64,000 bases of DNA from the human T2T-CHM13v2.0 reference genome, Homo sapiens: NCBI RefSeq assembly GCF_009914755.1, contig NC_060939.1, one strand, 5' to 3'. Of this stretch, positions 28,641 through 41,903 are shown piece after piece (position 1 is the stretch's first letter; each line of letters begins with the position of its first letter). The notes under the pieces are model-generated. The model saw only the letters and a list, made by a program, of their open reading frames with translations, ran no database searches and was not told the origin of the DNA. Made by a program: the position numbers and the translations under genes.

Positions 28641-29319
28641 ACTAGATGATGTTTAAGATAGAAATCCAACTCTGAGATTTTATATTTCACAAGTAAAGCA
28701 ACTAGAATCCCAGAAGTTTGATAAGCTTGGGTGTCATTCTATATATCGGATCACTTTTTAAGCTCTGATTCTTCAGTATCTTGTAGAAACTGGATCACAT
28801 TTTTTTTTTTTTTTTTTGCATGTTGAAAGATTGTCACAGTAAGAGTGGCTGCATTTTAGTTGCTATCTAAATGGCTGGAAGGTAGAGCTGTGAATGACCT
28901 GGGGCATGGGCTCCCAGAGACCTACAAATAAGCTCAAAGAGGATGCTGGAACCCTTCCTGGGGCACTGGGAGCCATGTACTTAAAAACACCATCTGGTGC
29001 TCACTTTCTTCCTTCCTTGTCTAGGCTGAGGTCAGCGAGAGAAAAATATAATGATGAAAGCAAAGGTGTGTAAGAGAACTGGTGCAATACAAGCATGTCT
29101 CAACACTGACTTTCCATATTGGTGCCAGGCAAGCAAAGGGTAGTGGACCATACTGGCCATTTATTATTATAAGGGCCTCTGGCAAAACTCTTCTTTCTGA
29201 GGCTCAGTGTTATAGTCATCACAGAAAACCAAGGAAAGGATCTTTAAAGACAGGCACAGTGTGAACCCTAAAGTGATGGCAAGCAAGCTGAAGAGATCAA
29301 CACAAATACCTAAGGAGAT

Positions 29320-29955
29320 GTTTTCGGACTCTTCCGTACTTGCACATCCACCTTAGTGATCTGGTTCCAACCCAACTTGTCTGTCATACTCTTGCTCCAT
29401 AAAACCATCTCCTGAAGCTAGCCTCCACCCACTTGCCACACCCACTCCTCTCTTCTTAAAATCCTTCAGTGGCTCTCCATTGTAGAAAGGATGAAGTTCA
29501 GCTCCTTAGTATGAGAAAAAAGACTCCCCACAGTATGCTTTCTGTCTACTCCTGTGGCTTGATCTTCTCTGACCCCACAATTTTCATGCCCTGTACTTGA
29601 GCTACACCTACTTACGTGTCCATGAGCAAGCTTTGTTGAGCTTTGCCTTCTTGCTTTTGTCTATACCACTTACCCACCCACACCTCCTGACCAGCCATGG
29701 TCCTTTGCACTACAGTTGAAACTCCACATTCTCCCCCAATTCTCCACTTACAAGCAGAGTTGATCTGCAGACTTGGGGCTACCACTATACTTAGAACATA
29801 AATTTATGTAGCACTTGTTACACTATTACAACTAACGGTTTCTAGGTCTGTTTTGTCTCTTCTAATGAACTATAGTTTGTTGAGTGAAGGCATGGTTTAT
29901 TGTCTTTTTCAACACTATGTCTCCATTTGCTGCTCAGTATGTGTGTGAACCATAG
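29320..29955 (+). mobile_element. L2
   Basis: ctcctctcttcttaaaatccttcagtggctctccattg..ctccttagtatg. Confidence 0.75.
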
Positions 29956-30469
29956 AAGGCATTCTTTATATAATGGTGATGAATATATGTCAACTATAAG
30001 CCAATATGTAGGATTTTTTTTTTCTTTATGAGAAAGCAAGTTCTGAGAACTTTGGGAACTAATCATGTACTGGGAATATTGATTTCTCAGCCCATGTTTG
30101 CTGTGTTCACCCTGAGATTCAGACGAAGCTGGGCATGTCTTAAAGATCAGATAAGTAGAACATTAGGTATTAGAAAATAAATTGCATCAAAGGAAGAATT
30201 ACAAGTTTATTCGTAGGAAAATTGGGCAAATCAGAGAGGAAGAGTGATTTTGAGTACAATGCAGTGCCTCCTCTTGTATGAAGTAAATAATAACAGAGCT
30301 TACTGGAATTTATGTAAGAGTTTCAGAGGCATTTTTCAGCAAAGAGAGACCTTCGTAGGGGTGGAAAAATAATTGTTACACTTACCTGGAGTAACACTAT
30401 TGAAACACATGCTGATGTAGGGGAGACATATTGGCTTAATCAGGAAGCCAGACAGCAAGCCTAAAGCTG

Positions 30470-30570
30470 CAGAGAGAGGAGAGAGGAGAGAGAGAGACTA
30501 AAGAGAGACACTAAAGAGAGAGAGAAGAGGGAGAGAAAGAGAAAAATGAAAGAGAGAGAGAGAGAGAGAT
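30470..30570. repeat. GA-rich low-complexity tract
   Basis: Seen directly. Confidence 0.85.
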
Positions 30571-31482
30571 ACAGGAGATGAAAGCTCATCTGCAGGGCCA
30601 AACAGGCAGATAAGGATTCGAGAAACATGGTGGGTATGTGGAGACTGAGCCCATGAGAAATGCCCCTCAGGATCCCCTGAATTATTTGGGAGAAGGTTTT
30701 GTTTCTTCAAAATGGAAGAAAAGCAGAAGCAAAAAAATGCTATCTTTTTTTTAAGTGACTACTACCCTACTTTTTACATATCCTTCCCGTCCCTTTGGTG
30801 TGGGCTTGGAAAACAAAATGACACAAAGCAAGACATAATGTGGTCCTTGCCAACTGATGGACCGGGACATGAATAGGTGAAAAGGTAGCCATACAGAACT
30901 ACCTTAGCAGTTTAGGAGAAAGGTGTCTTCTCCTTTCTAGCTCAAACCTCCTGGCAGATGACTTTTAGGATTTAATAGTGCCAAAGGTTTGAGCTGCTAT
31001 TTTGTCTCAAGGGAAAGCTAAAGAGGGGAAAAAAATAATTCCTTTTCACAAGGCTTAACTTTGCATTGGCATATGCCATTGTTGGCATCTGACAAGTGGC
31101 TAATTTGCAAGGCTGGGTTAAAAATTGAGGTAATTTAGTTTTCTTTCACTTGAAAAGTTCATGTGAATGGGAAATAACCCAGGAGCTGTTACAAAGGTGT
31201 GGGTCACATGGCAGTCCAAACAGACCCAGTTCAAAAGAGAAGCAGTGAGGACTGCTTACACTGTTGACTTGAGAGAATGTCTTCAGAGGTCTAATTGGAG
31301 CTGTGTGCCTAATATTGACGAAACAGTGACACGCCTCAGTTATTTAACTGGAAAGGAAAAGTGGGAATTCACCTTCAAGATACTCTTTGGTTTAATCACT
31401 CTGGCCACAGCATTTCCTGCTCAGCTAGATGGTGAAGAGTCTACCAGCAATTCCTGGCATCTGACACATAAAAAGAAGTCAG

Positions 31483-31787
31483 GGCCGGGCATGGTGGCTC
31501 ACGCCTGTAATCCAAGCACTTTGGGAGGTTGAGGTGGGTGGATGATGAGGTCAGGAGTTCAAGACCAGCCTGGCCAAGATGGGGAAACCCCGTCTCTACT
31601 AAAAATACAAAAAAATTAGCTGGGTGTGGTGGCGGGTGCCTATAATCCTAGCTACTCAGGAGGCTGAGGCAGAGAATTGCTTGAACCTGGGAGACAGAGG
31701 TTGCAGTGAGCCAAGATCATGCCACACCACTGCACTCTAGCCTGGGTGACAGAGCGAGACTGAGTATCAGAAAGAAAAAAAAAAAAA
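31483..31787 (+). mobile_element. AluSg-like
   Basis: ggatgatgaggtcaggagttc..ggccaagatgg; A tail. Confidence 0.92.
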
Positions 31788-32207
31788 GGGAAAAAATCAG
31801 GCAATTCAACTGGGATTGACACCACTACCATCACCCTCGGAAAGACCTAAAAACGTGCACCTAAAAGAGAGCCTATCTGGATAGTTAGGAAATCACAGCA
31901 CCATGTTCTTTATGAGCAGAGAGGAGCTGCCAACTTCATTCGATCCAATGCCCTCATTTTATAAGTGGTAGATCCAGAGAAGGGATAGATTTTTGATTTA
32001 AATAATCCACTAGGTTGTTTGCTACCTCTCAGTCTGAGTAGAGTAACTATCAGGAAAACAGTCTCAGGATGTAGGTTACAGCCTGGTGGGAAAGATTGTG
32101 CAGTAAGTTTTTTGGTTTCCTCAGGATACAAATGATTTAACTAAGACAGTAGCGCCATACTTAACTTTTATCAGTGGCAAAAATTCTCAGAAGTCTCAGC
32201 TCACTCA

Positions 32208-32420
32208 TTTTTTTCTTTCTTTTTAGAGACAAAGTCTTACTGTCACCAGGCTAGAGTGCAGTGGCATAATCATAGCTTGATGGAGCCTCAAACCCCTGGG
32301 TAAAGTGATCCTCCCGCCTTAGCCTCCTGAGTAGCTGGGACTACACAGGCGTACACCACTGTGCCTGGCTAATGTTTAATATTTTTTTGTAGAGACAGAG
32401 TCTCACAATGTTTTCCAGAC
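32208..32420 (-). mobile_element. AluJ, truncated
   Basis: atcatagctt..gtgatcctcccgccttagcc; ends inside left arm. Confidence 0.85.
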
Positions 32421-32569
32421 TAAAAATTCATTTTTCTTGCTAGTTTTTATTCAGTTCTCAGTTTGAGAGGAATTAACGCTGCAAAAGTTTGCCATCCTCT
32501 CAGTGGGCATTTATCACTTTCCAAGTCCCTTTTTCACTTGAGGAACTCTTTCTTATGTCTAACATGGTG

Positions 32570-33032
32570 GTTCTGGTGAGGGCTGTAAATCACAGTGCTT
32601 GTGGGGCATGAAATGGCCTGAGTAGATCAATCCCAATGTTCAATCAACTTTGTTGGTTGGCTCAGTGATGGGCATAGGATACAATCCTGGCCAATGAGGG
32701 AACTTGCTGAGATTTTTTCTTGCTGGAGCTAGAGGAAGGACACTGTGTTTCCCTGGTCGTGAAGCTGAAGGGTGCACACTTAGATCTACTTTTGTTAATG
32801 GTCCAGCATTGAGGAGCAGCTGGCAATAAGATGCAGAAAAGACAAAAATCAAGAAACAGGGAGTTGTTAGTATTGGAGGCCCACATCCAGTTATCCTGGA
32901 GGCTGTGTTCCCACCCCTCCCTTTTGTTGGCTTGCTTATGGGTGACCCCAAATTCTCCTTTCTGGCCTAAGTAAGCCAATTTCAGTTGACTTTCGGTCAT
33001 TGTCATATGAATTAATAAAAGCGTCCTAATAC
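32570..33032 (+). mobile_element. Old MaLR LTR (MLT1J/K-like)
   Basis: ttggctcagtgatgggcatagg..tggccaatgag..taagccaatttcagttgacttt. Confidence 0.6.
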
Positions 33033-33083
33033 TTTCCATTTCCCTCTGTCCTTGATTGTCCCCTATATTTGAGTCATTAAGTC

Positions 33084-33468
33084 TGTTGTAGGCAAAATAA
33101 TGCCCCACCACCACCAAGATGTTCACATTCTTTGTGAATATGCAAGTTTAAATGGCAAAAATGACTTTGCAGATGTGGCTAAATTAAAGATCCTGAGATG
33201 GAGAGATTATCCTGGATTATCTGGGTGTACCCACTGTAATCACAGTGTCCTTATAGGGGAATAGGGAGGCAGGAGAGTTAGAGGAGATGTGAGGCTAGAA
33301 GCAGAGGTTGGAGTGATGCAGCCATGAGTGAAGGAATGTGGGCAGCCTCTAGAATCTGGGAAATGCAAAGGGATGGTTCTCCCCCAGAGCCTATAGGAAT
33401 CAGCCCTGCTGAGATCTTGACTTTAGTGTTTGTGGTCATTTGTTTTGGTAGCAATAGGTAACTATATA
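33084..33468 (+). mobile_element. MLT1D-like LTR
   Basis: gactttgcagatgtgg..gagatggagagattatcctggattatctgggtg. Confidence 0.85.
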
Positions 33469-33974
33469 AAATCATTAAAATTGTTGAGTACCAAACCAAT
33501 CTCCCTGAACTGTTTTTCTGTAATCTCTGTCCTGCCTGGGCTTTGCCAAGATCTCACCACACATATTGGGCTGGCCACCTACATAATAAGATCTGAAGGT
33601 TTCCTGCTGTCTTGCAGGATATCTAATTGCTGATGTATAAAATTCTTTAAAGAAGAAATATGCATTTGTTTGCATTATGATTTTAGGCTTGGAGTGAATA
33701 TTCTTTGGAGAGAAACAAACCTATTTACTTCAATATATTGAAAATTATTAAATGATGCTGAGTCCTTTCTCCAAGCAGGTGTTGGTGAGGTGGGTTGTGA
33801 TGAAGCCAGATCTTAAAGGCACGTGCTTTCAGGTATCTATGTGGTGGGGAGAAAGATTCTAAAAAGCCAGGATTCTGAAAGTGAACTCCTAACTTCACAA
33901 TATCACAAAGCCAGGCTTGGTTTCAGCAGATGGAAGGCGCCTGTGTGCTTGTTTTTGTCGCGTTATGTTTGCAG

Positions 33975-34145
33975 TGTACTGAGAGTTTAGTTTTCAGCCT
34001 GTGTAATCTTAACAACTTTAAGCACTCCCAGTTTCCTCATTTGTAAAATGAGGATTAAATTAATATGTAGCTTATTTGGGTTTTATGAGGATAAATGAGA
34101 TAGCAAATGCAATTTTCTTAGCACAGTTCTAGGTAGGTAGCAAGG
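33975..34145 (+). mobile_element. MIR
   Basis: cagtttcctcatttgtaaaatgagga..gaggataaatgagat. Confidence 0.8.
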
Positions 34146-34774
34146 GTTCATAGAAGTCTAGCAATATGGTGAATTGGGAGCCATGGGGACCTGGAACAAA
34201 CACCAGCAGTGAGTGGGTGGCAGAAAGAAGTCAGATTTACTGGGCAATATGTGGACCCAGGAGTCAACAAGGATGACCATAATAGGAGGTAATCTAGGCA
34301 CTCATTTAGTATCAGAGAGGCCCTAGCAAGGGAAACAAGCATGTGGTGGAAATCAGGGATATGAAGCACCGGGTCAAATCTGGGAGAAGGAGTCTCTAGA
34401 TGGCACGACACACTACTGTGGAAGGTGGCAAGATGGCCTGGATCTCAGCCATTTTAAAGACAATGATTCAAATAAACCAGGCATAGGCAGCAATGTCAGG
34501 GTCCAATGACAGAATTAAGGTCCCAGGTGGGAGGGCTTGATCTTGAGTGGTCAGGGTGAAAGTCCAGTAACTGGAGCAGCAATGTTAGTCCAAGATGGGG
34601 GTGAACAAAGAAGCAGCTTGGTGCTGAGTCCCATGGTGTTCAGTGCTTCTTAAATCCTATTGCCCATAGTACTGGTTCCAAAATCTCTATAGAGTGGAAG
34701 AGGGTGTGGCAACAGGAGGAGAGGTTGAGTTCATCCACATAGATCAAGTGCTTCCATTTTTGGGGAGAGGAAGG

Positions 34775-35166
34775 TGTAAGATTCTCCCTGGGGCCTGAAA
34801 GCTTAGGGAGATGAATAACTCCTCCCTTCTCAGGCCCAGTCCCAAGGCACAAGGCTGCTTGCTCCAGCAGTGTGCTGACAGCAAGATAGAAGCAGGAAGA
34901 GAGCCGGCCGGAGGATACCTACTCTGGCCGGAAGACACGTACCCCTGAAGGTTTAGAAAGAGGCCATCCGGATACAATTACATCAGACTAGGACACTTCC
35001 TGTTTACATGAGACTATAAAACCTTTGCCCTGTCCTCACTTGGGGCTGATGCCATTTTAGGCCTCAGCCTCCCTGTACCCAGGCTCTCATTAAAACACCA
35101 TGTTGCTCCACACCGTGTTGTCTGTTGGCGCGCTCTCGAGGTTCGAACCAATATAAGAACCTTACA
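34775..35166 (+). mobile_element. Solo LTR18A (ERVL)
   Basis: tgtaag...cttaca termini; perfect 5-bp TSD gaagg; TATAAAA 35015, ATTAAA 35089; matches recalled LTR18A consensus. Confidence 0.88.
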
Positions 35167-35359
35167 GAAGGTAGTCAGCAAAAAAACAGACAAGTCCTTT
35201 ATTTTAAGATAAAGAAAACCTCCCTTTCTTAAGACTAAACAGGCACAAAGCATTGGGATTATCCACTTCTTCTGAAGGGCAGCAACTCCAATGATCAAAC
35301 ATTAGCCATGAGATGGACCCGAGAGATCATATCATATAGCCGCCTCTTTTATAAAATCA

Positions 35360-35670
35360 ATATTTCTCAAAGACTGTTACCTGGACCACCAGTTTCAGCT
35401 TCATTAAAATGGAAAATGCTTGGTCTCTAATTGAGTATCCTAAATCAGACTCAGGGAGTGGGAGAGGGGGGTGAGCTAGAAATGTGCGTTTTAACCACCT
35501 CTCAGGTGATTAGGAACTGCAGGTTTTGTGGTTCTTAACACTGACTGCCCATTATAATCACCTAGGGATGATATCCTAACCGTGGGCTAATCGAACTGGA
35601 ACTTCTGAGGCTGGGGCTGAGGCTCAGGCAACAGTATCTTAATAAGCACCCTGTGTTGAGAACCGCTGGC
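35360..35670. mobile_element. Two adjacent MER5-family fragments
   Basis: tttctcaaag..ggaccaccag..gcgttttaaccacctctcaggtgatt; tggttcttaa..aatcacctaggg..ttgagaaccgctg. Confidence 0.6.
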
Positions 35671-36531
35671 ATAGATGGTAGTAAAGTGATTTTCCTAAGG
35701 GCACTCAATCGAATAGTGGTAGAGCTGGAATGGAAATTCAGTCTTTGTTGAAAAGCAAAAGAAAGTGTGGTCTTTGAAACTCAGTGGACAAGCATCAGAA
35801 TCAGAGGATTGGAATCCATGATTTGAGAGGAAGGGCAACTGGTCCAGTGAAAGCAAGGACTGACCTGGAGCTATTGGCTACTTTTGTGTACTGGCCATTA
35901 CCTGGCATGCCGTGGGAGAATTTGTGTTTAATCAGGGTGTACTGACAGAAATGAAATGAAATTGCTGCAAGAAAAAGCCACAGCAGAAACAATGCTTAGC
36001 ATTACCTAATGAGTGACCAAAACGCTGTCTTCCTATCTGCAAATCCCATAGCCCCAGGTCAACATTCAAATCGATGAGTAGGTACATATTAAGCTGATTG
36101 TGATGCTGAGGTGGAGAGCTAAATAGACCAAATGCTAGAGGGTAGGTAAGAAATTAAATGTGTATTATATCTTCCTCTTTTTCTCAGTGTATGATTTTGT
36201 GTTAGGAAGGCAGGTCCATCTCAACTTAAATATTTACTTGTCTTTCAGCGCCTTAGCTCCAGGCACAAATTAAATTCCTAGGCTGCAACAGTGGAAGAAT
36301 TTAATCTGCTGTATGTTCCGAGGGTGACGTATGTTAGGCTTGCTTTGCCTTCTGAATTTCTTCTTTTAGATAAGTGATACTGATTGTAGTGCGGACTGTC
36401 AGTAGACTTGAGTAGTGAAGGCCCTTCTCTGAGAGTGGCTGCTCCAGTCTTCATTTTTGTCACTGCCTTAGTTGTGAGCGTTCCTTGATGCTGCCACTAC
36501 ACAGACAAGACCTGGACACTCAGAGGTATTT

Positions 36532-36830
36532 TTTGTTTGTTTGTTTTTTGAGTTGGAGTCTTACTCTGTTGCCCAGGCTGGAGTGCAGTGGTGCAATCTC
36601 GGCTCACTGAAACCTCCGCCTCCCTGGTTCATGCGATTCTCCTGCCTCAGCCTCTTGAGTAGCTGGGATTACAGGCACCTGCCACCACACCTGGCTAATT
36701 TTTGTATTTTTAGTAGAGATGGGGTTTCACCATATTGGCCGGCTGGTCTTGAACTCCTGACCTCAGGTGATCCACCCACCTCGGCCTCCCAAAGTGCTGG
36801 GATTATAGACGTGAGCCACTGCGCCCAGCC
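36532..36830 (-). mobile_element. AluSx-like
   Basis: Full dimer; TSD cactcagaggtattt / cactcagcggtattt. Confidence 0.93.
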
Positions 36831-38097
36831 TCACTCAGCGGTATTTAGTCCAATCCAATGCTGTTCACGGTAGGATGACTCACTGAATAGTTAATATATT
36901 CTTTTATTTATTTATTTTTCTGCTTTTCAGAGAAAGGGACTAGAAAACCCTCCGGATGGGCCTTCAAAAGTTAAGTCACTTAGGGATGCCAGATAGTGTT
37001 TCTTCCCTGGAGAAGGTGGGTGGGGAGTACACAGAATCTTTGCAAGGCAGTTCATTATTATTATGGTGAACAAGTTCAGGCTACCAGAGTATTTCTATTG
37101 ACTTAGGGAAAGAATAAGATCTCTAGTCTTGTGAGAGCCTGAGGCTTCTAGAAGCAATCCATATAGCTATTCTGAAGCAAGTGGATAGTGGCCTGATTGC
37201 AGGAAGATCCGGGTGCTTCAGTTCAGGTATTAAGGTATGGCAGGTACTAGAGTGAAATGAGTGAGGGACCTGCCTTGGCCACCAAGTATATGTGGCTACA
37301 TAAATGCAGCAATCAAGATAAATAATTTTGACGCAATGTGTTAAAAATCAAAATTAATGCAAAAATGCACTCTGAACAAAATAGCAAAATTTTGAATAAA
37401 GACGGGATCAGTAATCATATTGAGCCATAGTAGGGCTTGACACAAAAGGAAAAAATCAGAAATACTGGTTTTTAGTAACACGGAATATGACAAATAACAG
37501 GAAGCGCAGCAAATCAGCTCCAGATGAGTTGCAGATCTGAATGCGAATGATAAACAATAAATATTGTGGAAGGAAAAAAATCCTAATAAACTGGGAGTAA
37601 GTTTCTTGAACAGAACTCAAAAAGCACTAACCATGAAAAAAAAAACTTGAGAAACTTAGCTATAACAAGATTAGATATTTCTGTTCATCAAAAGGCACTA
37701 TTAGGAGGATGAAGAAGCCATTCAGAATGGGGAAGATATTTGCAATTCAAATATCTGACCTAAGAATTAAATCTCACATATTAAGAGCTCCTGCAAATGA
37801 AAATAAGAAGACAGACAACCTAATAAAAACATGAGCAATAGACTTGAACAGGCATTTCAGGAATGTATAGCTAAGTGACAAATAAGCATTTGAAAAATAG
37901 CTTATTTTCATTTTCAAGGAAATGCAAATTAAAACCTCAGCAAGACACTCCTGTAGCTTGCATTTTCTAGAATTTTATATGAATGGAATCATGCAATACG
38001 TACCAGAATGGCTAAATAAGCATGTAATTCCAAGTGTTGATGAAGAACAACTTGGACTGTCATACACTGCTAGTGGGAGTTTAATATGGTACGAGCA

Positions 38098-38362
38098 GGC
38101 CGAGGCAGGTGGATCACAAGGTCAGGAGATCAAGACCATCCTGGCTAACACGGTGAAACCCTGTCTCTAATAAAAATACAAAAAAAAAAAAAAAAAATTA
38201 GCCGGGCATGGTGGCGGGCACCGGTAGTCCCAGCTACTCAGGAGGCTGAGGCAGGAGAATGCGGTTGCAGTGAGCCAAGATCGCCACTGTGCTCCAGCCT
38301 GGGTGAAAGAGCAAGACTCCATCTCAAAAAAATAAAAAAATAAAAATAAATAAAAATAAAAA
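38098..38362 (+). mobile_element. AluY/Sc-like, 5'-truncated with internal deletion
   Basis: accatcctggctaacacgg; right arm jumps ggagaatg to cggttgcagtg. Confidence 0.88.
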
Positions 38363-39277
38363 ACTGTTTCATAATATCTTCTAAGGCTGACCTAGTACAT
38401 CCTTCCTGGCCAAGCAATTCCAACAGAAATACTTACACATGCTCATCAAAAGATATGCACAAGAACGCTTAACATCCTTAATTATTACAGAAATGTTAAT
38501 TAAAACAATAATAAGATAGCACCGCATACCCATCAGGATGTCTAATAGGTATCTGAAAGAATGGACTCTAACAAGTGTTATGAGGATGAGGAGCAAATGG
38601 AACTCTCATATACTCTTGGTGGAAATGTACAGTGTGGAAAACAATTTTAAAGTTTTTTTAAAAAGTTAAACATGTAGCTACTATATGAATAGTATATTGT
38701 AAGTATACTATTGTAAGTAGTAAATATATTTTTTAAATAATATATTTCTTATACAATATTTATTACACAATATACAATATGTTACAAAATAATTTTGTAA
38801 ATTTACTATTGTAAATAGTAAAAGAATAGGTATTTACCCAAGAGAAATCAAAGTGTATGTCCATACAAATGCTTACACAGAAATGTTCACAGCAGCTTAT
38901 TTTTTGATAGCCACAAACTGGAAACAACCCCAATGGCATCAACAGTGAATAGACAAGCAAACTGTGGTGTGTCCTTACAGTGGAACACTGTTCAGCATTA
39001 CAAAGGGAATAAACCACTGACACATATAGCAGCATGGATGAATCCCAAAATTATTCTGCTGAGTGAGTAAAAAGTGGCAGACAAAAAGCATACATATTGT
39101 ATGATTCCCTTCACATAAAATTCTAGATAATGCAACATAGTGATAGCAGATTGGTGGTTGTTTGGGGGTTGGGGGCCGTAGGAATAGGTGGGGGTTGGGG
39201 GAGGAATGACAAAGGAGCATGAGGAAACTTTTGTGGGTACTGGATTTGTTTATTATATTAACTTTAGTGATAGTTTT

Positions 39278-39302
39278 GTGTATGTGTGTGTGTGTGTGTG
39301 TG
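39278..39302. repeat. (TG)n
   Basis: Seen directly. Confidence 0.9.
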
Positions 39303-41049
39303 CATATGGGTGTGTCAAAATTTACCAGATTGTGCACTTGAAATATGTGCAGGTTTTTATGTGTTAATTACATCATGATACAACTGTCTTTAGAAAACAA
39401 TTACATGAAAGGCTTTGCTCTCAAGTTTCTCCTTGCCTAGCTGTAGATAGGCAGATAAACATATCATTATAATGCACATGTTCAGTGCAGTTATGAAGGG
39501 CTTTGGCAAGATGCAGAACCTAGCCAATTCAGGAATACCTGGAGGAATCAGGGAAGGCCCTGGAGAGGATGTTTGGTGAAGCGTAGGGAGTCTAAATGAC
39601 ACAGTTTAAGGCAAGCCTGGAGATGCAGTTAGAAACCAGCTGGTGAAGGGTGCCACATTAGAAAGTAGACAAGGAGATGAGTAAGAGCAATGAATACGTT
39701 AATAATACTAATCACAATTTTGGGAGGTGGCCTGATTTTCTTGGTGAGATTTATGATTCCTAAATCTCATCATTTAAAGATCAATGGGCCTTGATTGAAT
39801 GAACAGCCTCATTCATTGGCCCTCCACTCTACTGTTCACACTATATATGTCCTAGAAAAATAATATGTCCCAATATAAAAATGCTGGTTCCATTTTTAAT
39901 ACAGCTTGAATGTTCATTCCAGGCAGGACAATTTGTCTCTGCGCTTTTATATTATCTTTTTTTTTCAACTCACTTTCTTTGAAAATAGTAAAAACACATT
40001 TTCTACTTAGCAAGATAAATTCAGTTTTTCTCTTAAACTTGGGGTAAATGATGTAATGTAATGTAATCAACTTGTTTAAAGGTCTGGGGAAGAGATATCT
40101 ATGGCAACCTTCCCAAGCCATTCTGGTGAATAACCCAAGTCTAATTTGCCTTCAGATGACTTTTAGGTGGGATGAGTAGCAGAGGAAGGAAAGGAAGTAG
40201 TAGGAGGAAAAGCAGAAGACGAGAAAGGGGAGCAGAATGAGAATTATGTGAAGTCCCACTATTAAATGCTTAATACATAATGTAATTAAATTGCTACCAA
40301 AGACCTTCCATGAGTGTTTATTGGAATCTGCATTTGTCCTTGTTTTGTAATTGCAAAAAAAGCCAGAAGGAGATTGACATTTTTTTTTGTTCTCATTCTA
40401 TGTTATTCCCTCCAGAGTACAAATAAGTCAAATAATGGATTTTATTTTCTGAAGTTCAGAAAGAAAGTGAAATTGTTGATATTGTATAAGTAAACAGGCT
40501 CTGACTCTCAATGACTTTAAACAGCTAACATTATTATGTATCTCTGCTGTTTTATTTATCTCATTTTCTTCAGTCTCCACAGAAACCCTACAAAGTCATT
40601 TTTGGTACACAGAAGTAAAAAGCATGTAGGGATAGAGATTGTCGAGCTTGCTCAAAGTCAGATCATTAATAATTGTGCCTGCCCTGCTCAGCTGACTGGA
40701 ACCTGGTTCAGTTGTAGCCATAGCCCATGCTCCTTATGCTACTTCAGCTTTACCCAGGCAGGTTTCACATAACAAATGAATATTTAGGCATAGATGATAC
40801 AGTGTGGGGCACATAATAAGCACTCAAAAAGTATTGTGTTTTTTTTTGATAGAAAACTTATCTAATTTTCTAAGTATGTATTCTAAACCTCAAATTCTTT
40901 CCTCCTGCATTTAGTAAACCTTTAGAAATGAACCCTGAAGGGGAAATTTAAGGGATTTATCTTGCCTCCTCCCTCTCTTGGGAAGGCCTCCTGATCTCCT
41001 TTTTACATCTGTTTGAGATGGTTTTTCTCAACCTTGTCCTTTTTGTTCT

Positions 41050-41412
41050 TTAGTGACTGATGCAGGGATAACCCAAATGAGCTAATCAGAGTCTATCTAC
41101 AGAATTTTTGTATTGTGTCAAAGAAAGAGAATCTGTCTCTCCTCAATCAGCAGCTACTGGTAGCCAAGTTTCCTCAGGTGGTGAGTGAATAATGGCAATG
41201 GCTGGAAAGAAGTAGGTGGACCAACGTGGCAGAGTCCTTGGACTCTTGACTGACCTGGCTTCAATTGTTTTGAGGCTCAAATTCATCTCTGCTGACCATA
41301 ATTTAATTCTTCAATTGTACCATGAATCCCGAGAGCCAAGAGATTTTTTTTTTTGTCAGTGTGAGTCTAAGCTGATTTTTCGATCACTTGTAACCAAGAG
41401 TCCTAATTGATG
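41050..41412 (+). mobile_element. Old MaLR LTR (MLT1J/L-like)
   Basis: 3' end ..tcacttgtaaccaagagtcctaattga. Confidence 0.5.
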
Positions 41413-41519
41413 TAAACCTCATCAGAAGAGTAGTGTTTCTGTCATTATTTTAAAGTCAGTTTGACAATTCTGGAACACACACAGAAAAGGATAAGTTGCC
41501 ATGAAAGTACATTTATTTA

Positions 41520-41903
<384 letters not shown>

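Larger units (their letters stand above)
37545..39390 (+). mobile_element. Old L1 (L1MC/MD/ME) 3' fragments, at least two elements
   Basis: agacttgaacaggcattt, aaatgcaaattaaaacc, ggtatttacccaagagaaat, ggaaacaacccca. Confidence 0.8.

Noticed and set aside
31167-31532. 121-aa ATG-initiated ORF
   Set aside because: No recognisable domain and ends in Alu sequence; also no support for 15579-15977, 32662-33126 or 63413-63697
39164-39204. G-quadruplex-like G runs
   Set aside because: Standard G-rich tract of L1 3' UTRs
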